From contig CP089276.1 of NCBI GenBank assembly GCA_023920165.1, positions 1,736,001-1,800,000 of the forward strand: 64,000 bases of DNA, written 5' to 3'. The translations under genes and the position numbers were made by a program. The stretch comes from Curvularia clavata. Taxonomy: Eukaryota. The notes beneath the pieces were generated by a model. That model saw only the letters and a program-made list of their open reading frames with translations. It was not told where the DNA came from and did no database searches. Below are positions 35,336 through 48,861 of the stretch, one piece after another. Each line of letters opens with the position of its first letter. The stretch's first letter is position 1.

Positions 35336-36356
35336 CTATTGGGTAGCAGCCTCTTTCTTCTCGATACCCTTGACTTCAACCGGCTCTGCCTCCTCAATCA
35401 CTTCCTGCCCAAAAGGCTCCGCATCTCCATCCGGTACTCGTCGTATCTTCAAATGGGCCTCCGCGCCAAACATGCCGACGACACCAATCCGCTTCTCCAA
35501 TGGTCCCCAGTACTTGACGGGTGGGCTCTCGCCCTTGAAAAGCTCCCTTCCAGCGTGTATCAATTCGTTTGCGGCGAAGCTTCCTTTGGCATACTTGGGC
35601 TCGTACGGCACGCGATCCCACTCCTTCCTTTGAAGACGAAGCAGTTGCTGCGTCATAGCATCTGAGATTGTGTCGCCGAGCTCCACATCCGCAAGCTTGG
35701 TGCTCATGGACTCATCGCCTCCTGATGTTTTTTCTCGCTTCTTAGGGCCGGCCTCGCCACGGTTGCCCGCTCCGCTTCTCTTTCCGCCTGGCGCTGGTCG
35801 GCGGACATCTCGTCCACGTAGGTTGGGACCGCGAGCGGCGGCTCCGGGGGCTTGACGGCTCACTCGCAGTGTGGAGGGGGCGCGGACCATTTGACCTGGA
35901 GGGGCTGCGCCGCGGGTCGTCCTTGGGCCTGCTGTGTTGCGTGCAACGCGGGGGGTTGCGCCTGGCTGGGCGTTGGCCGGGGCACCGCCTTCGGGAACGA
36001 AGCCATATTCGTTGGCCTGAGGGGTCGGCGAGCGAGGGGTTCGTCGTGCCATTTGGCCGCCGGGGAAGGAACCTCGTGCAAGTGCGCCTGGTTGGCGGCG
36101 GTTCTGGAGCGAGGCAATCTGCTTGAGAGCAGTCGCTGAGCGTTCCTTGCGGGTGTTTGGCGCTGCATATAGGTCAATACAGCGGCTCTGTGGCGTACAA
36201 TTGGAGGAATGAGGGCGTACGCTGGGCTGGAGATGCATTGCTGGGTCGCTCTTCGAGCCTCTTTGCCGAGCTGTGCAGTGCTCTCGCTGAGCAGAACGGC
36301 ACGGAGGCTACATCTGCCATCAATGAGCGCCGTAGCGCACCCATTGAAGAGTACAT
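35336..36356 (-). CDS. Hypothetical protein with a mitochondrial-presequence-like N-terminus
   Basis: MYSSMGALRRSLMADVASVPFCSARALHSSAKRL; intron 36220-36163 (GTACGC...TTGAC...CAG) joins it to the Arg/Gly/Pro-rich 300-aa frame. Confidence 0.7.
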
Positions 36357-36892
36357 TTGTCGTTGAACCATACCGGAATGGATGGCAGTTGTTTGTGCGG
36401 TACCTCTCAACTCCAAACTTTCGAGATCACGAAGTCTTGGCAGGACAGGGATCTTGCACCAAGGACCTCCGCACCACGTGCCTTAGGCTTCACTCCCTAG
36501 GCCTACCCGATTTGGATTTTTCAACCACCACAAAGGAGTCGTCTTATCTCATCTCATCTCATCGTAAAGATTTTCTATCTGCTTTTAAACAACATATCCT
36601 GGCTAGCATCAAAGGATCCCTTCCAGCTCACACTCGTGACTTCACCACTATCGCCAACTGCATAATCAGAACATTTAATCACGACATTTTCAAAGCAACC
36701 AGGCAGCCCACCTTTTTTTCTTTCTTTTCGGAGTCTCGCAACCTTCCGGCATCTGCATCCTTATCAAACGACCCAGAACCCAGCCTCACCCAACCTCCCT
36801 CCTTACAACTCTCGTCTCACAACGCGCCACACCCCCAGCTCAATCACACACTATTATCCAACCAATTCTCTTTCCAAAAAGAAAAGCACACC

Positions 36893-37084
36893 ATGCTCCG
36901 ACGCGCCCCCACCACCATCACACTGACGCAGTCGGACATTGACCAATGGGAAGCGACACGGCAGCGCAAAATGCACGAAGCCCAGCAACAGCAACAGCAA
37001 GAGGAGGCTTCTGCTGTGAATGAAGCGAAGGCGAAGCAGAGATCTAAGAAAGATAGGATTATGGGTAGTGGTGGGAGTGCGTGA
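36893..37084 (+). CDS. CDC26: Anaphase-promoting complex subunit Cdc26
   Basis: 63-aa protein starting MLRRAPTTITLTQSDI, matching the Cdc26 N-terminal MLRRxPTxIxL motif. Confidence 0.8.
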   Translation: MLRRAPTTITLTQSDIDQWEATRQRKMHEAQQQQQQEEASAVNEAKAKQRSKKDRIMGSGGSA

Positions 37085-37904
37085 AGGTTGAAAGAATGGT
37101 AAATTGGAGGTGTAGGGATGGAAGTTGGGGGTGGAGGTTAAGAGAAGAGAGATCGGGCCTGAATTGTGATTTTGAGAGAGAAAGTGAGAGGGTAACTGGA
37201 GCGCCAAGCGTGTATATTTCCGTTTGGGCACGAGAAAGACTGTTTTGGCGTACTGCTTGCTTCCGTCTTTTGCATATACACCTCGTGACAGGCGTGAATC
37301 TTCACAGCGAACATCACAAGCCAGGAACGAGTGGTTTCCATCATAAATCATCATCACAACATTAAGATTACCACATTAAACTAGCCGGCCTGGCCCCTCT
37401 CACTCTCGACACGAGCAAGAACGAGAACCAATAAACGGCCTTTTACTGTAGCGGAATCAGCAAGGGGGTAACAATGATGGGTGCGAAAAGGAAAAAATGG
37501 AACAAAAAGAGGAAATCATGCCATGGGAAAAATGGAGAAGAGTAACATGGCAAGGAGTGACAATATCATCCGCAGAATAACCCTTCCCTTTCCTTGTTTC
37601 ATAAGGCCCGATCTCGTCAAAAACTCCAATCGTACAAAAACGCCAAGATGCCATAACATCGAAGGGGGGGAATAACATGACACGTGTGTAAAAGAATGAA
37701 ATCGACCAGCGGCTCCATGTAACCGCCTGCTCCTCTGTCCCTCCGTTCATCCCTCGAGTAAAAACTCATTTCCCATTGTTACCGTCATTGATTGCGTGGC
37801 ACCTCCAGTGTGTACTTTCATAACGCCCTCCAGGGGGTATTGCAGCCCTTGAGAGCGCTGTAGTTTGGCATCCATCATCAAACCATCCGATTTGATAAAA
37901 ACTT

Positions 37905-39122
37905 CTAGTCCCTGCTGAACCGCTTTTTCAGCCAGCTCTTGCGCTTCTCACCGGCATTGCTGCTGTTCTTGGACAGCATCTTCGGTCTCTGCGCTTCGGT
38001 GGCAGGAGCGTTGCCGCCGCCCAACTGGATGGTGGCTGGCTGTGCGGCATGTTTCGGAGGTTGCGGGGGTATGCCATTCTGTTGAGGGGGAGGTGATGGT
38101 CGTTTGGAGAAATTGTTTTGGCCATCTCCGAACTCCTCCATAATGGGACCTCTTCCAAAGTTGTTCATGAAAGCGTATTGGTGAGACATATCAGGCTGAG
38201 GTGGTTGGACGGGTACACCGCGCTCGATGGAGCTGTTCTCGCTGCTGGGGTCGTTGGAGTATTGGCCATCGCTGTGGCTGCCGTTTGAGCCGTTGGTATT
38301 TACCGTGTCACGCGACGGTTGGTATCCATTCATGGGATAGCCCTGCATACTCTGCCTGTTGGTCCATCCCGGATCCGACTGCATACGGTTTCCGTACCGC
38401 ATTCGTAGAGGTGGCCCTCCGCCAACAGGTCCGCCGTAGCCGTGGCCGTCAGCGTAGCTGTCACGACCAGACGGCCGCTGGGCAAAGTAGCCACTGGCGG
38501 TAGAGTAACGGTTCTGGTCATTGTGGCCTCCGCCATAGTAGCTACTCCGTCGGCTTTCATAGGTGCTCATGCCATCTGTCTGGTCGACGCGCATGGACTG
38601 GGCCCGGCGCCTGTATTCGCCATCAATGGCAGCCTCGAACGAGCGTATTGTGTCGAGCGGGCGCTCCCATCGGGAACGAGTGGGGTTGGAAAGATCAGGA
38701 TCGACTGCGCCAGACGTTAGTTGGTGATGGCTCATTAACGATACCAATGGGAGCAATGATGGCAGGAAACCAGCAAAACAATAGAACCAACGACGAGCAG
38801 AACGTACCAATCGGATTACCAGCGGAATCGGTATGCTGGAATGAGCGCAAGGACTGTAGGGTAGGCTTCTCGAGCGCGGCAGCGACTGGAAGCGTGGTCA
38901 GCAATTGTCCGGTACGCAGTCAAGACGAACAAGGGACGTACTGGGCTGTTGCTCATTCATAGCGTTGTTGGGATCGGCCTTTGAGTTTGGATCAAAGTGC
39001 TCGCTGTACTTGCGCTCGTGCTTAGGGCTCTTTGGACTCTTTGGGGCGGGCGGGTCGCGACTTTTGTTGCTGTGGAAGCTGAGGCCGCGCTGGCGCCGTT
39101 GCTGCTGGGTAGGATGCTCCAT
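37905..39122 (-). CDS. Conserved fungal protein, DUF2406-like
   Basis: Three exons; 'KADPNNAMNEQQP', 'DPDLSNPTRSRWERPLDTIRSFEAAIDG'; C-terminal KRKSWLKKRFSRD. Confidence 0.8.
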
Positions 39123-41019
39123 GACTGCGGAGTCGTCGGGCGCGCGAGTTACCCAGTTTTTTTCCTTGTCTCTTTACACCTGCTTCGACTAGGCTGAGGG
39201 GTTAGGGCAGACGACGGGTACGGCGGACCAGGTCTGTGGAGTGGGTGGAGAACCGGGCGCGTGTTGGGTGTGAACGCACGCGAGTGTGATCCCAGCGCGC
39301 GAGGCAGTGGGTAGGATAGTGGGTAATGATAAGGTGAGTTCCTGGGCGTGGGCAATGGGCTATGACAACGGGTGTCGCAAAAGCAACAAAGGATGCAAGG
39401 GAAACGAGGGAAGAGGGTGAGCGGCGGGAGCGGGTGCGGGTGGCAGTAAGTAGTCGTCGGTCGTGGTTTGTGAGATTCTCGGCCCAGGATATCGTAGGAC
39501 GCGCGGTACGTAAAGGCTTCGCCCACGCCCGCCAGCAGCGACTCGTCATCAACGGCGCAGGCCAGCTATCCCGATTGGAGTCTAACACGATCTGCGGCCA
39601 TAAGCGATCCACTTTCTGAAACGCTGCCGTGCAGACGCCCATCCACGACCGTCCGATACACATGGCCATAGGCCCTACTGCTCTCCGTCTCGTCCGCCCA
39701 CGCTCACGCCCATTGAGCCGTGCGCGAGACTGCCAGACAGATGGCATTCGACACACTACAAACGACAAACAAGCCGCAATGCTGCATTCCGCCTGTCTAG
39801 CTCCTCCGCCGTTATTCGCGCTCGTGTCTGGGGGTGCATCGCCCGATACACCTAGTCGTAGGCAAATTTAGATAAACATCAATAGTCCATCTGCCAGAAG
39901 CGGTCGGCCTTTCCGCCCGGTGCCCAGCCGAACCCAGCCCCATTGATCTGACCAGCCTCTCTCCACACCACCACACCACACCACACCTCGCCCGCCACTT
40001 GGATTGCCGCTCTATCTTCGGTCGTTGGTGAAAAAGACGCGACCAGGATGTTTTTGCCTCCCAATGCCATTGACACTTCGTCAACGAGTCCCCTCTCAAC
40101 GACATACCCACGTATCCTTACCAAGCGTCAGCAAATAACATCCCAGGTACACTACACTCGGCTCAGCCCAAGCTACACTCCAAGCAGCAACAAGCCTGCA
40201 TGCAAGACTGCATATTACATTTCTACCTCTCGATCCCACGCTTGCTTGCGCCCCCCAAACCTGTACAGTAACAGTCTATCCCTGATCCAGCCATTAGCCG
40301 GATCGCGACAGGCAAGTCCTAAAAAAACAAGAATCATTACCCGGTGCGTGGCTTGGACACGACAGAGGAAAGTTCCGCGCTCAATCGGAGAGATTGGCAG
40401 AAAGACGCCGTGGCTGGCTCGCTCTGACAGTGCATGCACAAGTGGCTGGCGTCCGTGTACAAATGTGTGTGTGCTAAAACACAACTTGTCTACATACACC
40501 TAGCACGTAGCAAGTCAAAGACACATAGCAACAACACCATGACATCGACGATTGCCTGTAGCGTAGCGCCCGTTCGCCTATACAACACACCCACCAGTCC
40601 CCGCTTTTGATTTGCCAGAGTTTCAGGCCTGTCTGACAAAAAGGGGGGCGCGACCAAAGGCGTGCGCGTGTGCGTATGTCCCGGCCTGCAGAGGCTGATG
40701 CATACACCTGTATTATGTTGGACCTGCTGCTGCTCTCTTCGTGTCTCCAATCCAACAAGCTGCGAGCCGGGTGGAGCCGCGTGTGATATCATCCCGGACC
40801 CATGTCATTACGTCTGGTCACGTGCCTGAATTCCACTATGCTTGGCGTGCTTGGCATAAGCTAACGGACAATCAGCGCGAATCACCGTCGTCACTGCCGA
40901 AATCTTGGTGTAGAAGTTTATTGGAAATATCATCTTCACTACATCAAATTATTTACACCTAGGAACTTTTTGTCCATTTTCAACCATTCCCAAGACTCCA
41001 TCCAATTCATTGTAGCAAT

Positions 41020-42901
41020 TTAGCTCTGCGTAGGCATATTAACCGACGCCTTTGTCGCAACCGCATCCTCGCTCCTCCACAGACTCGTTACTGTCTTCTG
41101 TTGTGTGTAAAAGAGGAGGCCAGGCTTGCCGTAGAAAGTGTTTGCACCGCCTCCTGCAACTGACTTCTTGTTACCGGTGAAGGAGAACATGGGGAGCTGC
41201 ACGACGTTAGTATCTAGACGTATTCACCCAGGACAGCAGCATTCGACTTACAGGAACGGGAATCGGCACGTTGATACCAACCTGACCAGCCTCAATCTCG
41301 CGCTGGAAGCGGCCGGCAGTAGCTCCTGAGCGAGTGAAGATGGCGGTACCGTTTCCGTACTCGTTTGCGTTGATCAGGTCAATGGCCTCGTCAATGGTCT
41401 CGACATTCAGGCACACAAGCACCGGACCGAAAATCTCCTCAGTGTAGCACTTCATGTGTGGCTTGACGTTGGCAATGATGGTGGGACCAACCTAGCATCC
41501 AGTCAGTACGACACTCGCAGTCAGACACAAGGGCTACTCACCCAGTTGCCGTTGGCATACTTCTCAGATGGAGGCTTCTGGCCGCGTCCATCAAGCAGGA
41601 TTGTCGCGCCCTCCTCCTCGGCGCTGGCGATGAGATCTTCGATCCTCTTCTTCGACTGTGGGCTGATGACAGGACCCAGATCAGCGCCCTCTTCAAAACC
41701 ACCGTTCATCGAGAGAGCCTTTGCACGCTCGGCAATCTCGGGAACCCAGTCCTTTGTTTCGCCAATCATGACCAAGGTGCTCAGGGCCATGCATCGCTGA
41801 CCAGCAGCACCAAACGCAGCACCAGCAATGGCATTCAGCGCATGGTTCTTGTTGCAGTCGGGTAGGACAGCAGCGTGGTTCTTGGCGCCCAAGTTGGCCT
41901 GCACACGCTTGCCCTGAGCAGAGGCGCGGGAGTAAATGTACTCTCCTGCCTTGTTGCTGCCGACAAAGCTGATAGCCTTGATACGTGGCTCGTCAATGAT
42001 GAAATCCACAGTCTTAGCCGCACCGTGTACAATGTTGATAACACCAGGAGGGAAACCAGCCTTCTCGGCAAGCTCGGCAAGAATCATGCAGGCACCGGGG
42101 TCGCGTTCAGAGGGCTTGATGACGACAGTGTTACCCGTGACGGTGGCGATGGGGATGGTCCAGAGGGGAATCATAGCGGGGAAGTCTGAGGTGGAAAAAC
42201 ATATTAGCATTCATTCCAAGCCTTGTCTTTCGAGTCTTGTACTCACTGAAAGGGCAGATGGCAGCCACAACTCCCAATGGCTCCCGGTAACTGCGTGTCT
42301 CCATATCCTTGGAAACCTCAAGCACTTCGCCCGTCATCTGTGTCGTAATACCGCAGGCTGTCTCCGCGACCTGCAGTCCACGAAGCACATCACCGCGCGC
42401 ATCTGCAAACGTCTTTCCCTGCTCCAGTGTAATACTAGCTGCCAGTCTGTCCCAGTTCTCGCGGATCAAATGTGTGTACTTGAACATAATCTGCTGTCGG
42501 TGAAGCAAGCTCGTCTCCTTCCACGGCTTGAACGCCTTCTCAGCGCTATCAACAGCAGCTTTCAGCTCCTCATCCGTGCTTTGCGGAACCCTCGTCACAA
42601 GGTTGTTGGTCGCCGGGTCATGCAGATCAATCCATTGCGTAGCTTTGGACGCGACAAACTTGTTGTCGAGAAAGTTCTGGGTATCCGCAGGCGATTGAAT
42701 CGGCTCATGGTTCATTGGATACGACTCGGCCGCCGCAGATGATGCCGGCTTCAAGTGCTGAGCCGTGGCATGCAGCCGGCGAGCGGCGACCTTGCTCTGG
42801 CTAACGGGCGACGACATTCTTGTGCACAAGGGAGCTGCGCGGATCAAAGACGAACGGGCGGTCAGCGTCGGAAGGCGAGCCAGCGTTCGGCGGGAGGCCA
42901 T
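41020..42901 (-). CDS. ALDH6A1: Methylmalonate-semialdehyde dehydrogenase (ALDH6A1/mmsA), mitochondrial
   Basis: Presequence; '[11 protein letters not shown]', 'KPSERDPG', 'QANLGAKNH', '[13 protein letters not shown]', '[12 protein letters not shown]'; three introns. Confidence 0.95.
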
Positions 42902-43046
42902 GGTGCTCCGGACCAGGTGTGGGGGAAGGTGGCGGCGGGGAGATGCGCAAGAGAGAGCTCAAGACCGACTCGAGGAGAAATTGAGAGAGTCCTGGGCGAT
43001 ACAGGAGGCAAATTCAATTGTATTAGAGAAGGAGAACACGTCCACG

Positions 43047-43264
43047 TGTTATTCAAAAGACGCCTGCGGCTGTTAAAGGAAATTTAGTCTAGATTACCCA
43101 TCGCAATCAGCGGTCGGAGCTCTGGAGAAGGGGCCCCGCAATCCACTTCCGAGGTAGCGCTGGCTATCCAAGGCTTATCCACCTCCGCGGCGTCTGCGGC
43201 GTTTGTTATCCAAAAGACACCTACTCATGCTGCTGTTAAGGGAAACTTAGTCCGGATTACCCAT
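43047..43264. repeat. Imperfect ~55-60 bp direct repeat in the MMSDH upstream region
   Basis: tgttattcaaaagacgcctgc...gctgttaaaggaaatttagtctagattacccat (43047-43101) versus tgttatccaaaagacacctac...gctgttaagggaaacttagtccggattacccat (43204-43264). Confidence 0.8.
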
Positions 43265-45427
43265 TGGCGTTGGTTCCGATCTGTAGGTGCCTACAAACCC
43301 ACTCCACCCTACTATCAAAAGTAGCGGTGGTTGTCCTAGTTATTCACTTTTTGCTGCATTCCCAGCACCTACAATTCTATTTTTGCAAGTAGCTGTAGTC
43401 GTCAAAGTTGTGTATTATCACTGTGTTGATGGCTTGCCTTTGTAGGCGAGCTCGTTTTGATTGTCGGGTTTTACCAGGCGTCCGAGAGCTAGGGACACCA
43501 ACTTGACTCCCAACCCCACGTGATTCAGCAGTCAAAGAAACATGGCTATTCCATAACACGAAGACGTGTCTTTCAATTTCCAGTCAGGACTGCAGTATTA
43601 CGAATTGTTGCGCTCGCCTATGGGTCTGAATATTCGTATGCTAACAGAAGACCCATGGTTCTTGGGCTCGGCGCACTTCCCTTTCGCTATAAAACCGCTG
43701 CACTCGCTCTAGATATACTTTTTCTCTCTCGGGAAGATCACCACGTTAAATCAGCTACATCTATGTCATTTTCTTTGTGAAGATGGCAGTATTCTTACGT
43801 ACATATGCTTGGAAGCAGCCTGTGTCTACTTTCCCCCATGACGACGTCATGTCCGAGGCGGATTGTAGCCCCTGTTTCCAATGATATGCGTGCACAGCAT
43901 TGACAGGACGGGCGGTGATGAATTGCACGCATGAGCAAAATCTGAGCCCGTATCCTCACTGCCCTGTGTTCAGATTTCGCCACGAGGTCATACATTTGAA
44001 GTCACGGGACGAGGAGGACAAGCAGGACAAGAGATGAAGCGAACAGGCAAGTCAATCAACACGATGTACCTATGCTATCTAAAGAAGACTGATGAACAGC
44101 AGATTCACATGCACCAAAGAAGAATGTCGGCTTTTTACGTGGGAAAATTCACCACGTGGCTTGCAGTCATCTCATGGAAGAGAGAAGCCTGCGCGCCACC
44201 AGCCTTTTGATCTGGGAGTTTCAGGGAACAAAGTCGTCATGGAAGCCCGAAAGGACCCTCGACATGCAGACGTGAGACAGATGAAGTGAAGAAGCTCCCC
44301 AAAGACCTGTACGAGCGTTAGCTCGTACAACAGGAAGGGGATCTTACCTGGGTGCTGAAGAAAAAGAAGAGTCGGAGAAGAGGAGCGGAATAAGGGCATT
44401 AAATACTAGGACGAAGGGCCAGGGTTCCTGTCCACGGTGATGCTGTGTGCCTTCTTGGTGTTCAACCAACAGAAGTCGCTGCGGCGTGCACCTTGCCAGG
44501 TTACTACCTCCCAGGGAGGAGAGCCTCCCCAAAGCGTCTCACCCGTTCGACCACTCCTGTCCTCACTCGACACTTATCAGCAGGGGATCACATTTCAGGG
44601 AAGCAGCATTTGGAAAGACTGAACGACTTTAGGTCATTCCTCTTGCGACCCCCTTTCTGAAAGGCAATAACCCGCACACGCACTACTCGCTCCTCCCTAT
44701 GTCTAAAACCATGACTCGTGGGGGTTGTGATATTCAATGCGCCAGAGAATTGACTGGATATATGCTAACATGAGGGAGGGAGGTTTACTCTTGGCCGTGT
44801 GTATACCTACCCATCAGCATACCCAGTACATAATTTCTCCCAGTTCACTCCTGGCAACTATTCACTCAGAGTACGATTCTCATACTTATGCCCGTACAGA
44901 GAACTGTTTGTAACAAAAATGCCCCTTTGCTAGTTGGACTGAACGATCTGGAATTATTTTAAAACCCGTTGAAATTTTCCTACAAACGGTCTTGGAGGGA
45001 GTACATGCAGGAATCGCACAATAAGTAGGTATGTAGACCAACCAATTATACGTGCAATTTACACACGAACAATTGAATTCTTCAAACAAATCTATCCCAA
45101 AACACCCTCAACGAAGTACTCAAGACCTTCCCTTTTCCCACCATGCAATCAAACCAACGAATAATTACCCTGACCTTTTTGCTCGCTATAATATACTGTC
45201 ACTGGTTTTGTTCTTCACTGTGGCTCACCTGTAGCGATTGGCCCATAATTTGCATCCCAAAAAAGAAGGGCAGGTACTATCAATCAAACAATTCAATCTA
45301 GTCCAATTTTACACATTCCTCATTTCCAACTAATAACCAACTCCATTACTAGCCAGAAAATTCAAGTGTAGCAGACTCGCACAGGATCAGATTTTTCAGA
45401 ATCTACGAGAGAGTACCTAGCTTTGAT

Positions 45428-45462
45428 ACCTACCTACCTACCCACCTACCTACCTACCTACC
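45428..45462. repeat. (TACC)n microsatellite
   Basis: tacctacctacctacccacctacctacctacctacc. Confidence 0.85.
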
Positions 45463-45966
45463 TCCTCCCCAGCTGGCATCTTTCGCTCTTCTGAAGATAA
45501 ATGCTGCATAAAGAGAGCGTCGATATAATTTACAGCTCTCCGCTAACATGAAAGTTTTATCTGTATTATCCGCTCCTCACGACAACGCTATGACAGAAGA
45601 AGAACGAGGGCAAGGCTTATTCACCTTCGCAGCGTCTGTAGCATCTGCAGGCTACGGCGATGGCATATCCCTCTCACCATGTATGGTAGAAGCGAAATCT
45701 CACGTCGGTCACATTCTGTTTGCATCATGACACTTTGTTTGCTCAAAAAGTTGCGTATTTCATTTGCCTAGCACAAGACCGCAATGCATAGTTATAGCGC
45801 CATAAAACTCAAAATGCTATATAACCACAGTTCTGAATGTAGAAGAATACTTATGCCGGGCCCGGATAATCCTTCCAGACCAACTCGCCTTTGCGTGGCA
45901 TACACTTTTCACGTCCTCCAAGCTCTTTACAACATATACCCCCGTTCAAACACCTCGATTTGCAAT

Positions 45967-47869
45967 TTACGAGGCATTTGATCGGGTGTTGCGCTTGTTC
46001 ACCTCGCTCTGAGCCTTCTCAGATCCGGTAGCGACAGCGTCAGCGGCCTTGTCCTTGGCGCTCGCGGCAGCGTCCTTTGCCTTCTTTGCCTGGGCCTTGA
46101 CCTGCTCCTTGGAAGGAGCGGCACCACCTCCGAGGAGAGCGGTGGCAAGGACAGCGATGATGGCGACAACCAGGGCACCGATACCACCAGCAACCTCGGG
46201 GACAAACTTGACGGCCTCAACGGGATCACGCTTGGCAATCTCGAGGAAGAGGTTAAACTTCTCCTTGACGTACAGGACTGGGTCGTCCTTGAAGACAAGA
46301 TCAGAAGGCGACTTGGGGCTGTCCTTGGGCTTGGGCTTGGTGGCTTCCTCCTCGGCCTTCTCAGCGGGGAGCTTGAGGTCAAAGGTCTCAGCCTTGAACT
46401 TCTCAGCGTCCTCAACAGAGTGGCCAATGTAGATGTTGTCGAAGAGAATATCCTTGGACATGGTCCAGATTTCGAAACCAATCTAATATAGAGTCAGCGG
46501 GAAAGCTTCAGCAAACTAAATCTAGGAAACTTACGGCGCCAATGGGCTCAAAGTTGGCCGGGGTCTTGTCCTCGAAGTAGTCAGGGTTGGCAATCTTGCG
46601 AGGAGCCCAGACGCCCTTGTATGCGGGGTTGTCGATGAAAGGAGCGGTCCACTTGCCCTTGTAGGCAGGGTTCTTCTTCATAGGAGGCGTCCACTTGCCG
46701 CAGCCAGAGACTTCGTCACACTTGGGGTTGGGAACAGTGGGTGGGATCCAGTCACCGTCCTCCTCATCATCCCAGTCCTCGGGCTTCTCAGCCTCTGGGT
46801 CAGGAATGGTGGTGGGCTCATCCTCAAGCCAGTCCTCAGGCTTGGTGGCCTCCTCATCGACAATCTCGAATGGCGCGTCCTCGTCCCAGTCCTCGGGCTT
46901 CTTGGCCTCGGGGTCAGGAATACGGGCCTCATCGACCCAGTCCTCGGGCTTGGTGTCCTTGGGGTCGTCAATCTCCTCAGGAGGGTTGACCGAGGGAGAG
47001 AAGTCCTCGAGGAGGGTACCGTTGCGAGTAGACTCGCCATCGATCTTGATCTCGAAGCTCTGGTCGGGCTTGACGATGAGAGTGTAGAGACTGGTGGTCT
47101 TGACGATGCGCGCCATAGGAGGGTTCTTGAGGTGCTTCTCCTCGTACTCGCCGGTCTTGGGGTTCTTGTGGCGGAAAATGAAGTGGACCTAAAATGTCAG
47201 CTCCGAAGTGTGCTAGATATCGAAATGACATACCTTGTTCGTGGCACCGCACTTGTCAGGTCCAAACATGATCACGTAGGGAGAGGCGTTGGAGAACTCC
47301 TCAGCGTGGAGGGCAGCGTTGTCCTGAAGGAGCTTCAAGTACGCACCACCACAGTCAAGACCGTCTGCGCTTTGTGTCAGAAAACAGATAAAGCCCAGTT
47401 TGCAGCAACAAACTCACTCTGAAGCTTGACTTCGTACTGAACAACCAAAGTCTTGCCCTTGTTGTCAATGGCCTTGGGGAATTTGGCGGAGATGGCGTGG
47501 TGAGCGGCCTGGTCCTTGATAACCAATCCCTTGTCACCCTCCATGCCCTTGAGCACAGAAGGCTCCTCAACGGCCCATGTACCAACATAAGCCCACTCCT
47601 CCTCGTCGTTGACCTCCTTCTTTGCGTTTGAGCGGCTCCATCGAGATTCCCAGTCGTCTGTGAACTGCTCGAGGAAGGGGGCCTTGAGCGATGTGGGCTG
47701 AGGGATTGTCAGCGAACGCTTCTCTTATATAACAATGGTTGGAGCATACTGTGAAAGTCGGCTTTGCGACAGCGGGTGAGGGCGAGGACTCGGCGTCGGG
47801 AGAGCTGGCGTCTTCTGCGCGCACAAAGGCGGCAGCGAGCGCTGCGGTAGCACCAATTGCAAAGCGCAT
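45967..47869 (-). CDS. CNX1: Calnexin
   Basis: Signal peptide; 'CGGAYLKLL', P-domain repeats IxDPxAxKPEDWD, '[17 protein letters not shown]', 'IGFEIWTM'; C-terminal TM helix; multiple introns. Confidence 0.96.
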
Positions 47870-48861
47870 TGTGCTTGCCTACTGTCTAGGTGGAGCAGAG
47901 GACTTGAATCAGGTGGGAGTGGAGGGCAAAGGAAAGCTGGGGCGACGTGGTAGGTAAATAAATGCGGGCGTCGTAGCTCAAGGCCACGGTGGTCAACTTC
48001 AGGAAGGCGGGCAGCGAAGCTCTCCACTCTTCTCGGTTAGTGGGCGGGTGCCACGGACCCCTGCCAACGGCTATGGAAACACGCAGAAGAATGCTTCACG
48101 CTTTTGACAGCTGGCCTCTTGCACGACGGCCCTGATACAAGTGCCCTGTGCAGACACGGAATGAAACCGACCTCATCAACTAGACACGATAATTATGCCG
48201 CCCCTGAAATATGGCTCTTTTCTAGGTCCATGACAGCCGGTGCCTTTACTGCGGGGAACGTTCACCGTGGGCTTAACATTGCCGCTAGTGCGCACACAGC
48301 ATAGGACTATCTTCGGCCAATACCTACTCTACCTAGGTGTACTTTGATGTTCAATTTGCCTGTCAGGGCTAGACCAGGGCAAGGAATCGGGCTTGGTGCT
48401 TCGATAGGCTGCATGTAGCATTTGGGGATAGTCACAACGACGACTTACCTTTGCCGGTCTGTGAGCTAAATCCACTGAGGTTTGTCATCCATGTTCTCCG
48501 TGGATACATTACATGGTGACAGGCAGACCCTTGGCTTCGTCATGTGGCTGGCACCACTTGCGGACCTGTAGAAACCCCAACTCCGGAATTGTTATCCTGG
48601 TAAACTTAACGCATCCTATCATTAGATGGGCCCACCACGATATTCGGTCATATTAGGAAAGAAGATGTGCAATGCGATCGGTGAAAGGGGCCATTGTACA
48701 GACCCATGCATCCATTCGTAAGCGATATTTTTAATCGAGGTATCTCAAAACACCACCGCATAACCATACCGAAAGATGCTGCCGAGTATGTATACTCTTT
48801 GCCAAAGTCCTGTCCATATAGATAGTACAAGTCCCAAACGCCATGCGCTAAAGTCAAAGTC

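Noticed and set aside
36209..36892. Long N-terminal extension of the CDC26 ORF (291 aa)
   Set aside because: Cdc26 proteins begin at MLRR; the upstream frame overlaps the neighbouring divergent gene and its promoter.
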